Source: Octopus vulgaris
Lineage: Eukaryota
Direction of reading: 5' to 3'
Length of the DNA: 64,000 bases
Assembly: GCA_951406725.2 (NCBI GenBank)
Contig: OX597816.1
Location: 163,804,001 to 163,868,000 of the forward strand
Part shown: one piece after another, positions 58,075-64,000 of the stretch
How positions within the stretch are numbered: position 1 is the first letter of the stretch
Layout of the letters: each line of letters starts with the position of its first letter
The notes under the pieces: model-generated
The model's input: only the letters and a program-made list of their open reading frames with translations
Database searches by the model: none
What the model was told of the DNA's origin: nothing
Translations under genes and position numbers: made by a program

Positions 58075-58117
58075 GTGCGCTGACGACGGGTAAATACCCA
58101 GAAACCCGGGTCCGTGC
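58075..58117 (+). ncRNA. Type I hammerhead ribozyme, core intact; predicted cut after 58112
   Basis: GTGCG CTGACGA C GGGT AAAT ACCC A GAAA CCCGGG TC CGTGC, with a palindromic helix III (ACCCGGGT) and a GUC site. Confidence 0.85.
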
Positions 58118-58574
58118 GTATCACGTCAGGTCGACGATGGAAAGGATGGCTTCTCTTTGCAAATACTGATAGGGTACAGAAAGTGTGTCAATAGCCAGCT
58201 GGAGAAGATGTTCTCCTGGGGCTACAAGCTACAGTTGCATCCACCCTTTGTGGTTAGCCACATTTAAGTGGCAAATATACTTCACATTGTCGTGTAGCTA
58301 CTGTTTATACTTCGTTTACATATTTATTATATATTCATACACATATGTATGTATTTACAAGTATATATAACTTTAAATTCGACTAATTCGTTACTAGTGG
58401 CCACATGTTTCTGTGTGAACGTTAAAAACCAAGGACTTATTTAGTACTTATGGGCGTGACGATTTAAAAACAATGGTTTGCTAAATAATTATGACCGAAT
58501 TTACAATTGTAAATAACGGCGAGAATAAAATAAGGGAGGTGAATGAGAGAAATACTAACTCTTCACCTCTTTAA

Positions 58575-60465
58575 CAACTTACAGCTGGAGAGTTGTAGCC
58601 GTGATGGGGAACCGCAGTTAGCTTTGCTACACTTTCACCACTGGCAACCTCATCTGATATGCGGCATTTGATGAAAGATCGACTTTGATGTTGCTGTCCT
58701 CATCTGTTTTTGTTGCCATGAAGTAGGCTCATCCGGAACTCTAAGTGGAGGAGATCCAGTATATTTTTTAAGACACCTACATCCACACCATGCAGAGAAT
58801 ACTGGGGAGCTATGGGCCCTTGAAACCCAAGCTGTTACAGTATCTGGTCCTCTGTCTTGATGGCGATCTTTTGCTGTTTGTGTAACTATCAGTGCCAAGG
58901 GTTCTCCAGATCTATATTACTGCATACCTTTCCCGCCCTTGTTCGAGGAGGTAGAGTCTTAACTTTTTCAGCCTTTTCCAGTAGCTGACATGTTGCATTG
59001 AGACGATCTTCTTTGTGTAGCTTCGCTGGCTTGCTTCGAGTCCCGTCGTCAATTTTACACTGTATGGTGAACATAGTTGGGAACGGTAATCTAAATGGCT
59101 GAGGGTAAATGTCCGCCAGGGGACCATCATGGTTTCTTGTTCTCTTATTTCTTTATTGCCCATAAGGGGCTAAACATAGAGGGGACAAACAAGGACAGAT
59201 AAAGGGATTAAGTCGATTACATCGACCCCAGTGCGTAACTGGTACTTAATTTATCGACCCCGAAAGTATGGAAGGCAAAGTCGATCTCGACGGAATTTGA
59301 AATCAGAACGTAACGGCAGACGAAATACCTATTTCTTTACTACCCACAAGGGGCTAAACACAGAGGGAACAAAAAAGGACAGACAGACTGATTAAGTCGA
59401 TTATATCGACCCCAGTGCGTAACTGGTACTCAATTTATCGACCTCGAAAGGATGAAAGGCAAAGTCGACCTCGGCGGAATTTGAACTCAGAACGTAGCGG
59501 CAGACGAAATACCGTTCAGCATTTCGCCCGTGCTAACGTTTCTGCCTGCTCGCCGCTCGTTTTCCTGTTCTCTTGTTCTGCATTTTATTGCCAACTTATC
59601 GATATGCACCCGGAAAGTTACATCATTACTCATGTCGATGCCCAGATCAAGCATTGATTGATGTCCTGATCGATGTTCTGATTGATGCCCAAGGTCGATG
59701 CCCAAATCACGCAATTTAAGGGTGGCTATCTGAGCAGCTGAGAGCGTGTCTGAAAGGGCTACTATGAATAGCAGTGCCTTCAGGACAGTGACCTATAGAA
59801 CAACACTCATTATTTGTGTTTCCTTGGAGGTGGCCCCTTTGACCACCGTTGGCACCGTTGAACTTATTCAAATGTACACATCCAAGCACACAAAACACAC
59901 ACAGACACATATACATAACAGAATAACACACACAATGTCAAAGACCACCACTATCTGACTTCTATCTTTTAGAAAGTCATGTAGCCCCTCTCAAAGATTT
60001 TCCAACTATGACTACGTAGTTTGTGAGATATCACACCATGGTCGACTTTATCAGAGGCTTTTGCAAAGTCGAGATATATCAGATCCACACTTGAGTTGTT
60101 GAGTAACTGCTTTAACACACAGTCGTACTGCGACAAAAGCTGTGTCAGGCAGGTTCTACCTAGTCGAAAGCCGTGCTGGGTGTCAGTCAGCAAGTCATTC
60201 TTTTCAAGGAATGCAATTGGTTTTCTTCGGACTATTCGCTCCTTGAGTTTGCTGATGTGAGGGTGCAGAGAGATAGGCTTTTAATTTTCATCATCTTCTC
60301 TGCTTCCTCTTTAATGGATAGGGCATAGAGAGCTTACCACTTGCAAGGAGGCTCTGAAAAAGAAAGTACAGTGATTTTGCAAGAGCTTGTTTGAATGATT
60401 TGAGGATTGCTGGGAATCCATCAGGACCAGCTGCTGAGCCAGCATCTACCTCATTTACGGCCAAT
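58575..60465 (-). mobile_element. Decayed CR1/L2-like LINE (RT domain to 3' tail), interrupted by a SINE
   Basis: 'SAAGPDGFP', 'QHGFRLGRTCLTQLL...VDLIYLDFAKASDKVDH', 'SHLDY', 'VPDEP' and a degenerate 3' tail. Confidence 0.9.
59147..59556 (-). mobile_element. Dimeric SINE S2 with a TSD of about 14 bp
   Basis: Same dimer junction as 23118-23523. TSD tttcttgttctctt (59133-46) / tttcctgttctctt (59561-74). Confidence 0.9.
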
Positions 60466-61065
60466 GTATATGAAAGTATTCACAATTAAATCGAAATGAT
60501 TCATTACAAATGTCCACATGTTTCGCTCTGTACAAGCTTTAGAAATCAATAGAATATATGGTGTAGTTGACAGAATTTATAATCAAAAATGGAAGACTAT
60601 TTGAAAAAAAAAAGGGGTTCTATAGAAATTGAAGCAATTAACACTTTTATATAACGGCTGAATGAGAGATACAGAATGAAGGGGAACGAATAGTAAATAT
60701 ATGAACGCAAATATATTATTTCACTTGCAAGGAACAGGAAATGAGATATAAAAATTCAAAAATAAACTATAAACTATTAAGGAGGTTAAGGGTCAAGGAA
60801 AGAGCATCTACGTTTCTAGAAGTAATAAGTATCAAGAAAAGAATTTGGTTGGTCACTTCTGTAGGAAGTATATAACTTGTAGTGACGTCACATCGTAAAG
60901 AGCGGAATATAAGGTCATTTGTAACAAATCATCTAAATTTAATGTTATATGTATGTGTGTGTGTGTGGGGGGGGGTATGTACGTATGTACGTATATATGT
61001 ATGTATTACTTTTGACATGTACGCACAGTTTTGAGCTATTTAATTAACACTGGAATATAGTTTAC

Positions 61066-61137
<72 letters not shown>

Positions 61138-61595
61138 CACATGCATACATATCTCCATGTTTGTATGTGTGTGTATTTGTGCCTGTATGTATATACATGT
61201 ATTGATGCACATATATACATACATACGTATTAATGCATATATATACATACATGCATACATATTACACGTATACATGCATGTATGATTATGTGTATTCATG
61301 CATGTATGTATGTATGTATGTATGTATGTATGTATGTATGTATGTATGTATGTATGTATGTATGTATGTATGTATGTATTGCGAGTGTTCGCATATACGG
61401 GTATATGTCATACAGCGAATATACCTTATCTCATGTAGGACTCGACACATAATGTAGAGTATATATTATTTTATATCATAAATGCCTGATAGTTACTTCG
61501 AAGTTTCGGTGCACAGCTCCTCTTAAGTGCCACAAACCAGGAGGAAACTTGGCCCTTCATGATGTGTGAGTGTGTGTGTTCGTACGTGCGTTTGA

Positions 61596-61628
<33 letters not shown>

Positions 61629-61701
61629 TGTGCGTGTTTGTGTATGTGAGTGTGTGTGTGTGAGTGTGTGTGTGTGTGAGTGTGTGTGTGTGTGCGTGCG
61701 C

Positions 61702-61832
<131 letters not shown>

Positions 61833-62174
61833 GGAGTGGACTCCTTCATCCACAGACATCTTTGCCCTGCACGTACCACGACACAGTGTAAACATATTTC
61901 GAGCTTGTTTGCAATTTTCTCTAAGTACCACCATTAAAATCTCTCAGCAGCCAGGCGAAACTAAGCGAAAGCAAATCCTGGGCGGTGTTTTTTTTTATAG
62001 AAGTAGAAACTAATCGATGTGAATTGTCTTCGCTGTTTGCTGGGAGGACTAAGTTTGAACCACGGGGTCTATCTTCACAATGAGGATCTCCATATGTCTT
62101 TTCAAACATATGGAGGTAACTGTGTTTAGAAATTTAATCGAAAGCGCCGCATGCATGCACAAGCTCATGTAGGC

Positions 62175-62304
<130 letters not shown>

Positions 62305-62359
62305 GAACAGAGACAAACTGACACACATATACATGTATATATTTGTATACATAAGTATA

Positions 62360-62439
<80 letters not shown>

Positions 62440-62440
62440 C

Positions 62441-62472
<32 letters not shown>

Positions 62473-62706
62473 GTTTGTGTATATATATATATATATATAG
62501 GTACATAGGTACATAGAGAGATAGAAATAAGTACATATACACGTACAGGCACGGGCGCATGCGCATACAGATATACCAACATAAACAGACATTTGTTTAC
62601 ATAGACAACGTGGTTAGATGCTGTTTTATGTGAAACACGTAAGTGCTTACTTAATATGCACTGGCAGAAGATCGTCCCATGTGTAGTGTGTGTATAGAGA
62701 TATATA

Positions 62707-63080
62707 GTGGCTGTGTGGTAAGTAGCTTGCTTACCAACCACATGGTTCCGGGTTCAGTCCCACTGCGTGGCACCTTAGGCGAGTGTTTTCTATAGCCTTG
62801 TGATTGGATTTGGTAGACGGAAACTGAAAGAAGCCCGTCGTATAATATATGTGTGGGTGTGAGTGTGTGCATGTGTGTGTTTGTGTGTCTGTGTTTGTCC
62901 CTCCACTATCGCTTAACAACCGATGTTAGTGTTTACGTCCCCGTAACGTAGCAGTTCGCCAAAGAGAGCGATAGAATAAGTACTAGGCTGGCAAAAAATA
63001 AGTCCTGGGATCGATTTTCCCGACTAAAAGGGGTGCTCTATCATGGCCACACTCAAATGACTGAAAGAAATAAAAGAATA
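62707..63080 (+). mobile_element. SINE S1
   Basis: Head and tail present. Confidence 0.85.
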
Positions 63081-63098
63081 TATGTATATATATATATA

Positions 63099-63436
63099 AA
63101 GGGTAAAGACCCCCTTCGGTCATGAATGACCATGGGATTGCACCTAGAAAGTTACCCTCCTAGACACAAGTCCGGGCAAGGTTGTTTATGGAAGGCCAGC
63201 AGTCGCCCATGCATACCGGCCTCCCCTCTCCACGCCACCAGTGTTATTCAAGGGAAAGACAAAGGTCGATACAGCTTGGTACCAGTGACGTCGCAACTCA
63301 TTTCTACAGCTGAGTGAACTGGAGCAACGTGAAATAAAGTGCCTTGCTCAAGAACACAACACGCAGCCCGGTCCGGGATTCGAGCTCACAACCTCACGAT
63401 CGTAAGCTCGACGCTCTAACCACTGAGCCATGCGCC
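63099..63436 (-). mobile_element. tRNA-derived CORE-SINE, tail type D
   Basis: GGCGCATGGCTCAGTGGTTAGAGCG head, CORE-like TTGAGCAAGGCACTTTA...GAAATGAGT, and a distinct tail. Confidence 0.85.
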
Positions 63437-63648
63437 TATATATATATATATAGGGAGAGTTCACGAATAAAAAAAAAAACAAAAGACGAAGACAGGTGGT
63501 GTACAAAATAAACAGATGTATTAGTATAACGCTCAGGAATTGAAAAAGTCTTTTACGTTTGGAGCCTACGCTCTTCTACAGAAAGGGACACAGAAAAAAA
63601 CAAGGAGAGAAAAAAAAATGTGTGTAGTGGCTACCGATCTATCATGGC

Positions 63649-63695
<47 letters not shown>

Positions 63696-63744
63696 TTAAA
63701 ATTACTAAGTCTCTCTAAAGGAGATTACGACAGCGTTACTGGAA

Positions 63745-63817
63745 ATTAATAGTTATCGCCATACTAATATGGCAGTCTTATATTTATAAGACTGCCATAT
63801 TAGTATGGCGATAACTA

Positions 63818-63822
<5 letters not shown>
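63745..63822. repeat. Perfect 38-bp inverted repeat with a 2-nt spacer, in a (TA)n-flanked insert
   Basis: 63745-63782 is the exact reverse complement of 63785-63822. Confidence 0.95.
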
Positions 63823-63877
<55 letters not shown>

Positions 63878-64000
63878 TGAAAATGGAGATATATATATAA
63901 TAATTGCCAATTAACGTTTATTAACATAATATTATGTTATATTCTTATGATAATATAACATAAAACAATAAATAATTAATATTAAATACAAATTACATAG

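Noticed and set aside
61496-61530. Minus-strand CTTAAGA-GGAGC..GCACC-GAAA
   Set aside because: G5 is altered and there is no stem I.

Overview
Eukaryotic, AT-rich, microsatellite-saturated genomic DNA. The tRNA-derived CORE- and Nin-domain SINE families look like those I recall from octopus genomes; this assignment is inferred from repeat content only. Nearly all ORFs in the supplied track are artefacts of (TA)n, (CA)n, (TACA)n, (TAGA)n and triplet repeats. The window holds many SINEs, decayed LINEs (RTE, L1/Tx1, CR1/L2-like, R4/Dong), a decayed Helitron RepHel fragment, a head-to-tail non-autonomous Helitron dimer and a Tigger-like MITE. There are also two tentative exons of a minus-strand gene for a secreted protein, about 30 kb apart. 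The main result is about 13 type I hammerhead-ribozyme (HHR) motifs from several unrelated short elements, most embedded in or abutting (TA)n tracts. The best case is a 484-bp tandem and inverted unit at 27349-28516 with three core-intact hammerheads, which could excise a 484-nt, highly structured, circularisable RNA (retrozyme or Penelope-like pLTR architecture). All structures were read by eye; no folding or database search was run.
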